The notes below the pieces were generated by a model, which worked only from the letters and a program-made list of their open reading frames with translations, did not search any database and was not told where the DNA came from. From assembly GCA_963674755.2 (NCBI GenBank), contig CAXXVS010000001.1, forward strand, positions 288,001-352,000: a stretch of 64,000 nt of DNA, written 5' to 3'. The DNA is from Desulfobacterales bacterium. GTDB lineage: Bacteria > Desulfobacterota > Desulfobacteria > Desulfobacterales > UBA5852. The translations under genes were made by a program, and so were the position numbers. Numbering within the stretch: the stretch's first letter is position 1; every line of letters starts with the position of its first letter. Positions 45,700 to 55,551 of this stretch are shown one piece after another.

Positions 45700-46845
45700 T
45701 TATTTCTTCAACGAATACTTGTCTGCAATCACATTGTAGTAGGCATGCTCGGAGACCGAACCCCAGACGCCGACCTGGGCCTTGAACTTCTTGAAGGCGT
45801 CGTGCACCTTGCGGCTCATGGGGTCTTTATTGGCCTCTTCCTCCAAGGTCTCGTCGGCCAGCTTGCGGAGGTCGGCCATGAGCTCGGGCGGGAACTGGAC
45901 CAGGTTGACATTGTGCTCGGAGATCAGGGTCTGCAAAGCCGCACCGTTGCCGGCTTCGAATTCACAGAGACTCCACATGTTGGTTTCGGCAGCCACAGCG
46001 TCCAGGATCTGCTGGAGATCCTTGGGCAGGGACTCGTAAGCCTTTTTGTTGAACATTACCTCCAGGCAGGTGCCAGGCTCGTGCCAGCCGGGGTAGTAGT
46101 AATATTTGGCGGCTTTGTAGAAACCCATGCGCAAATCGTGCATGGGGCCGACCCATTCCGTGGCGTCGATCACGCCGCGCTCCAGGGAGGTGAAGATTTC
46201 ACCGCCGGGCAGCAGCACCACCGTGCCGCCGGCCTTGCTGACGACCTTGCCGCCCAGGCCGGGGATGCGCATTTTGAGGCCCTTGTAGTCGTCGATGGTG
46301 TTCATCTCCTTGCGGAACCAGCCACCCATCTGGACGCCGGTGTTGCCCTGGGGGCGGGGGATGACGTTAAACGGGGCGTAGACCTCTTCCCAGAGCTGCA
46401 AACCGCCACCGCTGTAGAACCAGGCGTTGATGCCCTGGGCGTTGAAGCCGAAGGGTACGGCGGCAAACCACTGGGCCGCCGGGACTTTTCCAGCCCAATA
46501 GTAGGCCGCGCCGCTGCCGCATTCCACCGTCCCCTCGGATACGGCATCGAAAACACCCAGGGGCGGTACCAGTTCGCCGCCGGCATATACTTCGATTTTG
46601 ATCTGCCCGCCAGTGGCCTCATCCACGCGTTTGGCAAAGCGCTCTGCTCCGGTCTGCAGGACCGGCAGGTTGGGAGGCCAGGTGGTCACCATCTTCCATT
46701 CATAAGTTTTTTTGGTCGGGACCGCCGAGGTTGCCTGCTTGGCTTCTTCCTTTTTCTCCTGCCCACAACTAGCCAGGCCGGCGCCGGCGGCCACGGCACT
46801 GGCCGCCGCCAAACCTGCTTTTCTCAGAAAATCACGTCTTTCCAT
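45700..46845 (-). CDS. dctP: TRAP transporter substrate-binding protein (TakP-like; Tat signal plus lipobox)
   Basis: MERRDFLRK twin-arginine signal, LASC lipobox; WKMVTTWP, GNTGVQMGGWF, GLKMRIPG, YYYPGWHEP. Confidence 0.93.
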   Translation of the reverse strand: MERRDFLRKAGLAAASAVAAGAGLASCGQEKKEEAKQATSAVPTKKTYEWKMVTTWPPNLPVLQTGAERFAKRVDEATGGQIKIEVYAGGELVPPLGVFDAVSEGTVECGSGAAYYWAGKVPAAQWFAAVPFGFNAQGINAWFYSGGGLQLWEEVYAPFNVIPRPQGNTGVQMGGWFRKEMNTIDDYKGLKMRIPGLGGKVVSKAGGTVVLLPGGEIFTSLERGVIDATEWVGPMHDLRMGFYKAAKYYYYPGWHEPGTCLEVMFNKKAYESLPKDLQQILDAVAAETNMWSLCEFEAGNGAALQTLISEHNVNLVQFPPELMADLRKLADETLEEEANKDPMSRKVHDAFKKFKAQVGVWGSVSEHAYYNVIADKYSLKK

Positions 46846-47059
46846 ACCTTCCTTCTCCTTTGCTGCGGGTTAAAGGAAATGATACGCGTTCTATGGTTGA
46901 ATGGCTTCGCTAAAAGTTCGATCCGTCCTGGCGGATAAGTAGCTGCATCCGCTTTCATTCCGCGCCGCTGCAATTTACCAAAGCGCGCCTCATGACGTGC
47001 GGAATTCGTAGGCCATGATCTCGAACATTCAACAAACCCTCGTGCAACCAAGCTGGATA

Positions 47060-48388
47060 CTATTTGAAGACCACCGACGGCAGCCATGTCACCAGCTTGG
47101 GAAAGAGCACCACGATCAGTAATCCGATCAGCTGAAAAAAGACGAAGGGGATGATCCCCCGGTAGATGTCGCCGGTGCGGATTTCCGGCGGTGTTACCGC
47201 TTTCAGGTAGAACAACGAGAACCCGAAGGGCGGTGTCATGAAGGAGGTCTGCAGGTTGACGGCGATCAAAATGCAGAACCAGGCCGGGTCGAAACCGAAC
47301 TCGATCATGATGGGGGCCAGCACCGGCACGTGAATGAAAGTGATTTCGATAAAATCCAGGAAAAACCCGATGACGAAGATCAGACCCATGACAATCGCCA
47401 AAACGGTCCAATGACCGTAATGGTGGGAAATGGTTCCCAGAAACAATCGCACGAGATGGTCGCCCCCCATGCCGCGGAAGACCAGGCCGAAAGAGGCGGC
47501 GCCTACCAGAATGATGAAGACCATGCAGGTAAGCTGCATGGTGGAATTCATGACTTCCTGCAGGATTTTCAGGCTGAAGCGCTTGTTGGCGATGGTCAGC
47601 AGGGTGGCTCCCACGGCCCCCACGCCGGCGGCTTCGGTGGGCGAGGCCACACCGGCGAAAATGGATCCGAGCACCGCCACCATGAGAAACAGGGGCGGGA
47701 AGAGGGCTCGGGTAAATTTTTTCATCAGCATACGGGGCGTAAGGGCGGCCAGCTCTTCTTTGGGGATGGGCGGCGCCCATCCCGGATTGAAAAAGGCCAC
47801 GATCAGGATGTATAAAACATAGAGCCCCACCAGGACCAGACCCGGCAGGACGGCGCCCATGAAAAGATCCCCCACGGGAACGCCCACGATGTCACCGATC
47901 AGCACCAGAACGATGCTGGGGGGAATGATTTGCCCGAGGGTGCCCGAAGCCGCCACCGTGCCGGTAGCCAACTCCTTCTGGTAGCCTCTTTTGAGCATGG
48001 TGGGCACAGCCAGGAGCCCCATGGTCACCACGGTGGCCCCTACGATGCCGGTGGAAGCGCCCAACAGGGCACCCACCACCACGACGGAAATGGCCAGCCC
48101 TCCCCGCAGGCGCCCGAAGGCCAGGCCCATGGTGTCCAGCAGCTCTTCGGCCAGCCCGGAGCGTTCCAGCATAACCCCCATGAACACAAAGAGGGGCACC
48201 GCCAGCAGGGTCACATTGGTCATCACCCCCCAGATGCGCAGGGGCAGCAGATTGAAAAAATCCCAGCCGAATCCGATCAGACCGAAACAGAGGGCCGTTC
48301 CCATGAGGGTAAAGGTGACGGGGAAGCCGATCATCAGCAGGATCGTGAGTGCCAGAAACATCCAGGCCGGTAGGAATTCCATGAACAT
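47060..48388 (-). CDS. dctM: TRAP transporter large permease
   Basis: LLAVPLFVFMG, ASTGIVGA, SGTLGQIIPPS, NLQTSFMTPPFG. Confidence 0.94.
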   Translation of the reverse strand: MFMEFLPAWMFLALTILLMIGFPVTFTLMGTALCFGLIGFGWDFFNLLPLRIWGVMTNVTLLAVPLFVFMGVMLERSGLAEELLDTMGLAFGRLRGGLAISVVVVGALLGASTGIVGATVVTMGLLAVPTMLKRGYQKELATGTVAASGTLGQIIPPSIVLVLIGDIVGVPVGDLFMGAVLPGLVLVGLYVLYILIVAFFNPGWAPPIPKEELAALTPRMLMKKFTRALFPPLFLMVAVLGSIFAGVASPTEAAGVGAVGATLLTIANKRFSLKILQEVMNSTMQLTCMVFIILVGAASFGLVFRGMGGDHLVRLFLGTISHHYGHWTVLAIVMGLIFVIGFFLDFIEITFIHVPVLAPIMIEFGFDPAWFCILIAVNLQTSFMTPPFGFSLFYLKAVTPPEIRTGDIYRGIIPFVFFQLIGLLIVVLFPKLVTWLPSVVFK

Positions 48389-48918
48389 CAGCCATCACCC
48401 TCCGATTCCATCTCTTTGCCGAGAATGGTCAACAGGCTCTTGCCACCCAGGGAGAGTCCCTGGAGCAGGATCAGAACAAAACCTGCCGGTATGCAGCTTT
48501 TGAGAAGGAAACGGTAGGGAATGCCGCCCGGGTCGGGCGATCCCTCCATGACAACCCACGAGTTGTAGACAAAAGGGAGCGACGTGGCGATGACCATGTA
48601 GCAGCCCGGAATCAAGAAAAAGATAACGCCCAGGAGGTTGATCCAGGCCTGGGTTTTGGGGCTGCAACGTTGGTAAAAAATGTCGACCCTGACATGCCCG
48701 TCTTGGAGCAGGGTGTAGCCTGCCCCCATCAGGAAGATGAAGGCAAATAAATGCCATTCGAGCTCCTGGGTAAAGACAAAGCTGATCTTGAAGGCATAAC
48801 GCATGACCACGTCGATAAAAACGACGGCCACGACGAGCGCCGTAGCCCAGGCGACGACACGTCCCACCCATGTATTCAACGCGTCAATCCAGCGACATAA
48901 CTTGCGGATCACACCCAT
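48388..48918 (-). CDS. dctQ: TRAP transporter small permease
   Basis: Four TM helices; VVMRY, ELEWHLF, GHVRVDIFY, EGSPDPGG. Confidence 0.93.
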   Translation of the reverse strand: MGVIRKLCRWIDALNTWVGRVVAWATALVVAVVFIDVVMRYAFKISFVFTQELEWHLFAFIFLMGAGYTLLQDGHVRVDIFYQRCSPKTQAWINLLGVIFFLIPGCYMVIATSLPFVYNSWVVMEGSPDPGGIPYRFLLKSCIPAGFVLILLQGLSLGGKSLLTILGKEMESEGDG

Positions 48919-49380
48919 TCAATTTTCTTTCGCCGTAGCATAATTTCGGGTTTGAAGCGATTGGATCTGCCGGGTGACGCGGCCGGCCGTTTTGTTTGCA
49001 AGGTTGGCAGCACAGGGGCCTATTCATTCCCCAATGCCGCGAAGGGTCGCGGCAAAATTCCGGCCAAGGCCGGGGAGGATGCAGGAAGGCCATCGCGTCG
49101 CCGACGTAATTTCTTCGCGTTCCCTGCGGCGGCGATGGCAACCCGTTGCCACAATGCAATGAACACAACGGGTTGGGTATATTATGGCTTTAAATGTCCT
49201 GTCAACAGATGAATACCGTTCATTTCTACGTTGCGGCAACTGTTGGCGCGGATCGGGGCTGAATTTACAGGCGGCGCGGCAATGTGCTAAGTTGCATCGT
49301 TCAGGCGCGTTTCTCCAGGGAAGCGGAACAGCGACGTGCCTTTAGCTGGCGGGGGCCGATTGCCATAATACAGGTGCGCA

Positions 49381-50184
49381 ATGGTCAAAATTGAAGAGAT
49401 GGGCATGCCGACGGGCATCGTTTTCGATATCAAACGCTTCGCCATCCACGACGGGCCGGGAATCCGTACGACGGTCTTTCTGAAAGGATGCCCCCTGGAC
49501 TGCTGGTGGTGCCATAATCCGGAGGGGCGCCATGCGGACCCGGAATCCATGGAAGGGCCCGGCGGGAATGGAATTCCGGCGGCGGTGGGCCGGGAAATGA
49601 CCGTCGCCGAGATTATGAAAGAAATCGAAAGGGATGTCCTGTTTTATGACGAAAGCGGGGGTGGGGTTACTTTTTCCGGCGGCGAGCCCCTTCTGCAGGC
49701 GGACCTTCTATCCGCCTTGCTGGCGGACTGCCGCGGCCGGGGCCTCCACACCGCGCTCGACACCACCGGTTATGCCGCAGCGGAAATTATTTCCGGAATA
49801 GCCCCCCTGGTTGATCTCTTCCTTTACGATCTTAAACTCATGGATGACAGTGAGCACCGGACCTATACCGGTGTATCCAATGCCGGCATTCTGGAAAACC
49901 TGCGCACTATAGTGGATGCGGGACGGAGGGTTGTCATCCGTTTCCCGCTGATTCCAGGCATCAACGGCGGGACGGACAATCTGGCGCGGACGACGGCGTT
50001 CCTTAACGATTTAAACCTGAATCGGATCGATCTGCTGCCCTATCATCGCATTCATCGCCAAAAATATGAGCGTCTCGGGTGCCCCGATCGTCTGGCAGAC
50101 CTGGCGCCGCCGGGGGAGGATGCGATCGAGCGGGTGTCGGCCTATTTCACGACCCGCGGCTTCTTGGTGCAGGTGGGAGGTTAA
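49381..50184 (+). CDS. Glycyl-radical enzyme activating protein (radical SAM)
   Basis: IHDGPGIRTTVFLKGCPLDCWWCHNPE, GGVTFSGGEP, DLKLMD..H, LLPYH; start uncertain (49381/49399/49405). Confidence 0.94.
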   Translation: MVKIEEMGMPTGIVFDIKRFAIHDGPGIRTTVFLKGCPLDCWWCHNPEGRHADPESMEGPGGNGIPAAVGREMTVAEIMKEIERDVLFYDESGGGVTFSGGEPLLQADLLSALLADCRGRGLHTALDTTGYAAAEIISGIAPLVDLFLYDLKLMDDSEHRTYTGVSNAGILENLRTIVDAGRRVVIRFPLIPGINGGTDNLARTTAFLNDLNLNRIDLLPYHRIHRQKYERLGCPDRLADLAPPGEDAIERVSAYFTTRGFLVQVGG

Positions 50185-50187
50185 CTC

Positions 50188-50474
50188 GTGCCCATCCAGA
50201 GATGGCATCTTGCGGTCCCTGGCCTGCCGCCGGTGGACCAAATCCACCTTTGGCGGACAAGCTGGCGTTCGCGCCTCCTGTCGGTCCTCGGCGTAGCCGG
50301 GCGACACCTGTGGGCACCCACCGTTGAAGAATCAATCAGATGGGAAGTCCCGCTCGGCGGGACGCCCGTCGGCTGCGGTTTGTTGAACACCGATGTGTTC
50401 AACGGCCAGATGTGAAATCCCGCGCTACGCGGCGGGACCAGGAACCCAAATCTACCATCCTAACGGACACACAC
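50188..50474 (+). mobile_element. MITE family A long copy with two internal modules
   Basis: gtgcccatccagagatggcatc ... aacccaaatctaccatcctaacggacacacac; strongly similar to 63355-63776. Confidence 0.8.
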
Positions 50475-50475
50475 G

Positions 50476-52842
50476 ATGATAAGCGAACGCATACGCCGCC
50501 TGCGGCAGCAAAGCCTCGAAACGCCGGCAACCCTGACGGCCGAACGCGCCCTGCTGGTGACGCGGCTGCTCCAAAGCGGTCGCCTGGAGGGGGACGCCGT
50601 ACCGGTCCGGCGGGCCAAAATATTTCAGTATTTGATGGAAAACAAACAGATCTGCATTTCTCCGGGGGAGCTGATCGTGGGGGAACGGGGGCCGGCCCCC
50701 AAAGCCACACCCACCTATCCGGAGATCTGTCTGCACAGCCTCGATGATCTTCAATTGCTGCACGCGCGCCCCAAGGTCGCCTATGCCTCCGACGAGGCCA
50801 TGCGGCGGGTCTACGCCGAAGAGATCATCCCCTTCTGGCAGGGACGCACCATGCGCGACCGCATGTTTGCCAGCCTGCCCGCTTCATGGAAAGCGGCCTA
50901 TGAAGCCGGGGTTTTCACGGAGTTCCAGGAGCAGCGCTCCCCCGGGCACACGGCTTTGGGGGATATCGTCTACCGCAAGGGGTTTCTGGAGCTCAAGCAG
51001 GAGATTGCCGAAGCCATCGCTGCCCTGGATTTCTTCCGGGACCCGCGGGCCCTGGACAAGCAGGAGCAGTTGCAGGCCATGGACATCGCGGCCGACGCCC
51101 TGATCGCCTTTGCCCGGCGGCACGCCCGGGAACTCAGCCATCTGGCCGCCGCGGCGTCCGATCCCGAACGTAGCGAAGAGCTGCGGCAGATGGCGGCCAT
51201 CTGCCGCAAGGTGCCGGCCCACAAGCCGGAAACCTTCTGGGAAGCCTTGCAGACTTACTGGTTCGTCCATGTGGGGGTCATTACCGAGCTCAATCCCTGG
51301 GATGCCTTCAATCCCGGACGCCTGGACCAGCACCTCTACCCTTTTTATCGGAAAGAGATCGACCACGGCACCCTCACCGCCGAGCGGGCCCGGGAATTGC
51401 TCCAGGCCTTCTGGATCAAGTTCAACAACCATCCGGCGCCGCCCAAGGTTGGCATCACCGCCAAGGAGAGCAATACCTATGTGGACTTTGCCCTGATCAA
51501 CACCGGGGGGCTCACGGCCGAAGGGGACGATGCGGTCAACGAACTGAGCTATCTGATCCTGGACGTGGTGGAGGAGATGCGGCTCCTGCAGCCCAGTGCC
51601 ATGGTCCAGATCAGCAAGAAGACCCCCAACCGCTTCCTGAAACGGGCCCTGCACATCGTCAAGACCGGCTTCGGCCAGCCGTCCATTTTCAATACGGATG
51701 CCATCGTGCAGGAACTGGTGCGCCAGGGCAAGTCCCTGGCCGACGCCCGCTGCGGCGGGGCCAGCGGCTGCGTGGAAAGCGGGGCTTTCGGCCGGGAGTG
51801 CTATATCCTGACCGGCTATTTCAGTCTGCCCAAGATTCTGGAGTTGACCCTGAACAACGGGGTGGACCCCCTGACCGGCCGGCAGATCGGTCTTGCCACG
51901 GGCGCGGCGGCCGGTTTTACTTCTTTCGAGGCGCTGTTCGAGGCTTTCGAGCGCCAATTGACCCATTTCGTGGATATCAAAATCCGGGGCAACAACATCA
52001 TCGAGCGCCTCAACGCCCGGGAAATGCCGGTGCCTTTCCTCTCACTCCTGATCGAGGACTGCATTGCCAACGGCACCGACTACAATGCCGGGGGCGCGCG
52101 CTACAACACCTCTTATATCCAGGGCGTGGGGCTGGGCACGGTCACGGACGGCCTCTCTTCCCTGAAATACAACGTCTTCGAGCGCCGCCTTCTGACCATG
52201 GATGCCATGGGGCAGCTGCTGGCCGGGGATTTTGAAGAGAACGAGGCCCTGCGGCGACAACTGGCGGAGGAGACGCCCCGTTACGGCAATGACGACGACC
52301 GGGCGGATGATATCATGCGGGCCGTCTTCGAAGCCTACTACCGGGCCGTGGACGGCCGTCCCAACACCAAGGGCGGGGTTTACCGCATCAATTTGCTGCC
52401 CACCACGGTGCACGTCTATTTCGGCAGCAAACTGGGCGCCACGCCGGACGGCCGTCAGGCCGGCAAGCCGCTTTCCGAGGGCATCTCACCGGTCCAGGGC
52501 GCGGACCGCCGGGGCCCCACCGCGGTCCTGCAATCCGCCGCCAAGCTGGACCACTTGCGCACCGGGGGAACGTTGTTGAATCAGAAATTTCTGCCCCACA
52601 TCCTGCAGGATGCCACCGGCATCGATCGTCTGGCCCAGCTGGTGCGGACCTACTTCCGGATGGACGGCCACCATATCCAGTTTAACGTGGTGGACGCCGA
52701 GACCCTGCGCAAGGCCCAGCAGGCGCCCGACGACTATCGCGATCTGATCGTGCGCGTGGCCGGGTACAGCGACTATTTCGTGGATCTGACGCCGGAGCTA
52801 CAGGAAGAGATCATTCACCGGACCGCCCACGATGACAGCTGA
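50476..52842 (+). CDS. hypD: Glycyl radical enzyme, trans-4-hydroxy-L-proline dehydratase-like
   Basis: PTYPEIC, FTEFQEQRSPGH, WDAFNPGRLDQHL, PAPPKVGIT.KES.TY.DF, SGCVE, LTGY, LPTT and RVAGYS motifs, as recalled for characterised HypD. Confidence 0.87.
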   Translation: MISERIRRLRQQSLETPATLTAERALLVTRLLQSGRLEGDAVPVRRAKIFQYLMENKQICISPGELIVGERGPAPKATPTYPEICLHSLDDLQLLHARPKVAYASDEAMRRVYAEEIIPFWQGRTMRDRMFASLPASWKAAYEAGVFTEFQEQRSPGHTALGDIVYRKGFLELKQEIAEAIAALDFFRDPRALDKQEQLQAMDIAADALIAFARRHARELSHLAAAASDPERSEELRQMAAICRKVPAHKPETFWEALQTYWFVHVGVITELNPWDAFNPGRLDQHLYPFYRKEIDHGTLTAERARELLQAFWIKFNNHPAPPKVGITAKESNTYVDFALINTGGLTAEGDDAVNELSYLILDVVEEMRLLQPSAMVQISKKTPNRFLKRALHIVKTGFGQPSIFNTDAIVQELVRQGKSLADARCGGASGCVESGAFGRECYILTGYFSLPKILELTLNNGVDPLTGRQIGLATGAAAGFTSFEALFEAFERQLTHFVDIKIRGNNIIERLNAREMPVPFLSLLIEDCIANGTDYNAGGARYNTSYIQGVGLGTVTDGLSSLKYNVFERRLLTMDAMGQLLAGDFEENEALRRQLAEETPRYGNDDDRADDIMRAVFEAYYRAVDGRPNTKGGVYRINLLPTTVHVYFGSKLGATPDGRQAGKPLSEGISPVQGADRRGPTAVLQSAAKLDHLRTGGTLLNQKFLPHILQDATGIDRLAQLVRTYFRMDGHHIQFNVVDAETLRKAQQAPDDYRDLIVRVAGYSDYFVDLTPELQEEIIHRTAHDDS

Positions 52843-52882
52843 AAGCGCGGCCCCCCGGAGAAAAATGCATCGGGCTTTAAAC

Positions 52883-53029
52883 TAGTGTTCATCCAGAGGT
52901 GGTAGATTTTGGTTCCGGCCAAGGCCGCAGCCGCCTGACGCCCGCAGGCGTAGCACGGCTACGCCGAGGACCGACAGGCGGCGAGAACGCCGGCAGGGGC
53001 CGAAAGATGCCATTTATGGATGAACACTA
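52883..53029 (-). mobile_element. MITE family A copy with perfect TIRs
   Basis: tagtgttcatcca ... tggatgaacacta (13-bp perfect inverted repeat including terminal TA); its end coincides with the TAG stop of the ubiA-like gene. Confidence 0.85.
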
Positions 53030-53974
53030 TAATAGGATGCTAGCTACGACAATGCCGAACAGGGCCATGGGGAAATAGCTGGCTCGGTTGAAAAGGCGCA
53101 TGGCGTCGGTCTTGCGCCGGGAATCATACAGGATCCAGGCCGGCCAGATAAGCAGGGCCACGCCCATGGCAAGGGTAACCAGGTAGACGACCGGCCCGAA
53201 AGCCGTCTGGGAGAACAGGAACATGGCCAGGGTCGACAGCAGGGCCAGCAGCAGGGCGCCCATGATGATGTCCCGGGTGCGCTGCAGACCGATGGTGACC
53301 GGGATGGTGCGGGCGCCGAAGCGCCGGTCTTCCTCGATGTCGGTCCAGTCGTTGGGGGCGTTCTGTCCCCCGATTTCCCAGAAGAAGATCACCAGGAAGA
53401 GAAACAGCAGGAAGAACGGTGAGGGGCGCGGGTCCACGGCAAACACGGCCGCAATGGAACCGGCCGACTTGACCATGCCGCTGACAAACGACCGGTAGGG
53501 GCTCACCCGCCACAGCAGGCAGTAAACCGTTTCCAGAAGGCAACCCGCGCCGAAGATGAGCAGACAGACGGGGTTGAGCCAATAAGCGCCTATTGCGGCC
53601 AGGGCACCCCACCCGAGGGCCCAGGCGATGCCGGCCGGCAGGCTGATCAGCCCCTGGGCCATGGGATGACGCACCAGCAAGGCGTCCAGGTCGCTGCTGT
53701 GGGCCGCACCCGTGAAGCCCCCGGCCTTTAGTTTGGCCTGGTCGGAGCGGTAGCCGATGATGTCGTTCAGGGCATAGACCGCGGTATAGCCTGCAAAGAC
53801 AGTGATAATCCCCACCAAAGTGACGCCTAAGGAAGGGAATTCCCCCAGCCACAGCAACGCGGCCATGCAGGGGGTTGTCATATCGATGATGCCATGGGGG
53901 GTGCGGGAAAGGGCCCAGTAGAGTTTCAACTTTTCCCGGCCGCGAGTGATGGAAGTCGGCAGTGTCGAGGTCAA
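53027..53974 (-). CDS. UbiA family prenyltransferase
   Basis: YALNDIIG...D and NDWTDIEED....ARTIPV Asp-rich motifs, RHPMAQG, multiple TMs; start uncertain (TTG 53974 with SD AGGA, or ATG 54028). Confidence 0.9.
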   Translation of the reverse strand: MTSTLPTSITRGREKLKLYWALSRTPHGIIDMTTPCMAALLWLGEFPSLGVTLVGIITVFAGYTAVYALNDIIGYRSDQAKLKAGGFTGAAHSSDLDALLVRHPMAQGLISLPAGIAWALGWGALAAIGAYWLNPVCLLIFGAGCLLETVYCLLWRVSPYRSFVSGMVKSAGSIAAVFAVDPRPSPFFLLFLFLVIFFWEIGGQNAPNDWTDIEEDRRFGARTIPVTIGLQRTRDIIMGALLLALLSTLAMFLFSQTAFGPVVYLVTLAMGVALLIWPAWILYDSRRKTDAMRLFNRASYFPMALFGIVVASILL

Positions 53975-54057
53975 CGGTTTGTCCTGTGGATTGCTGGGAA
54001 TTGGCCAAATGCCGTCCACCCATAGCATGGGGGAGGCCCATCGTCAATTGACGGTCA

Positions 54058-54573
54058 TTACGGAAGAAAAAAAGCCAGGTCTTCGTCAGGGCAGGTCAGG
54101 GCATATTCCAGCACCCAGGAGGCATAACGCCCTTCGGCATAAACGGCCATAACGGCGTTTTTCAATCCTGTCCGGTCGTGGACCGGGCGCGGGGTCAGAA
54201 GGCGGGGGACAAGCAGGGCGTTGATATAGGGAATGGCCGCACGCCGGCAGAAGGCCGCGGCCGGACCGTCGTCGAGCATGACAAATCTTCCGGCCCCTTC
54301 CCCATAAAGATCGATGCATTCGCGCTCGCCGGCATCCAGTCGTTTCAGCGCGGTCGGTGGCTCGGCAGCCGTGCCGTTGCGGTCGCACATGATCAGGCGC
54401 TCTTCCTGCCGCCAGCGGGCGAAGGCCTCGGCGCCGGGATGACCGGGAACGGTCAACTCCCGATAGACCGTAGGACCGATGCCCACCCGGTAGTGATCCA
54501 ATAAAGAGGCCATCCAGTTGGTTTTGAACAACAGGATGGCCGATGAGGCATCGATGAGGAAGGTTTTTTTCAT
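54058..54573 (-). CDS. PIN-domain-like hypothetical protein
   Basis: LIDASSAILL, TVYREL, LDAGERECI and MLDD acidic pattern of PIN folds. Confidence 0.7.
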   Translation of the reverse strand: MKKTFLIDASSAILLFKTNWMASLLDHYRVGIGPTVYRELTVPGHPGAEAFARWRQEERLIMCDRNGTAAEPPTALKRLDAGERECIDLYGEGAGRFVMLDDGPAAAFCRRAAIPYINALLVPRLLTPRPVHDRTGLKNAVMAVYAEGRYASWVLEYALTCPDEDLAFFLP

Positions 54574-54613
54574 TTCCGGTATCGGCCGATTGCCCCTGGG
54601 GGACCGACGCGCT

Positions 54614-55540
54614 TCAATCAGACAGAAACAGATCGGTGCTGATGTAACGCTCCCCCGTGCTGGGCAGAATGACGACAGTGGTCCGTCCCGCATTTTCCGG
54701 CCGGGCCGCAACCGTCAGCGCCGCCCGGACAGCGGCCCCGGAGGAGATGCCGCAGAGGATGCCCTCCTGTTTGGCGAGCTGCCGGGCCGTGGCAAAGGCG
54801 TCCTCGTTGCTGACGGTCACCACCTCGTCGATCAAAGACGTATCCAGGACTTCCGGAATAAAGCCCGCCCCGATACCCTGGATTTTGTGGGGCCCGGCCG
54901 TTCCCCCGGACAGGACCGGGGAGTCGGCCGGTTCGACGGCGATGGCCCGGAAGGCGGCTTTGCGCGCCTTGAGGGCCTGGCTGATACCGGTAATGGTGCC
55001 GCCTGTGCCCACGCCGGCCACCAGCATGTCCACCTGGCCGTCGGTGTCGGACCAGATCTCCTCGGCCGTGGTTTCACGATGGATGCGGGGGTTGGCCGGG
55101 TTGGCAAACTGATCCGGCATGAAGGCATCCGGGGTGGCCGCCAATATATCCCGGGCTTTTTGGATGGCGCCTTTCATCCCCTCACTGCCGGGGGTCAGCA
55201 CCAACTCGGCCCCCAGGTGGTTGAGCAGTTTGCGGCGTTCCACGCTCATGGTTTCCGGCATGGTGAGGCACAGCCGGTACCCCTTGGCGGCACAGATAAA
55301 GGCCAGGGCGATACCGGTGTTGCCGCTGGTGGGCTCGACGATCAGGCTTTGCGGACCGACGCGGCCCTCGGCCTCGGCCGCCGCGATCATGGCCGCACCG
55401 ATGCGGTCCTTGACGCTTCCCAGGGGGTTGAAGAATTCCAGTTTGGCATAGATGGTCGCGTCGACGCCGGCGGCCGTGCGGTTGAGCTTCACCAACGGTG
55501 TGCGGCCGATGGTATCGGCGATGTGAGAATACAAACGCAT
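54614..55540 (-). CDS. cysK: Cysteine synthase A
   Basis: [52 protein letters not shown]. Confidence 0.97.
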   Translation of the reverse strand: MRLYSHIADTIGRTPLVKLNRTAAGVDATIYAKLEFFNPLGSVKDRIGAAMIAAAEAEGRVGPQSLIVEPTSGNTGIALAFICAAKGYRLCLTMPETMSVERRKLLNHLGAELVLTPGSEGMKGAIQKARDILAATPDAFMPDQFANPANPRIHRETTAEEIWSDTDGQVDMLVAGVGTGGTITGISQALKARKAAFRAIAVEPADSPVLSGGTAGPHKIQGIGAGFIPEVLDTSLIDEVVTVSNEDAFATARQLAKQEGILCGISSGAAVRAALTVAARPENAGRTTVVILPSTGERYISTDLFLSD

Positions 55541-55551
55541 GGTTTCGCCTC

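Noticed and set aside
50011..50415. Short ORFs similar to those at 63224-63776
   Set aside because: The similarity comes from the repeat DNA; no transposase or other protein motifs
50476..52842. Pyruvate formate-lyase or choline TMA-lyase
   Set aside because: Single Cys in SGCVES (no PFL Cys-Cys pair), motifs match HypD, and no microcompartment genes are present
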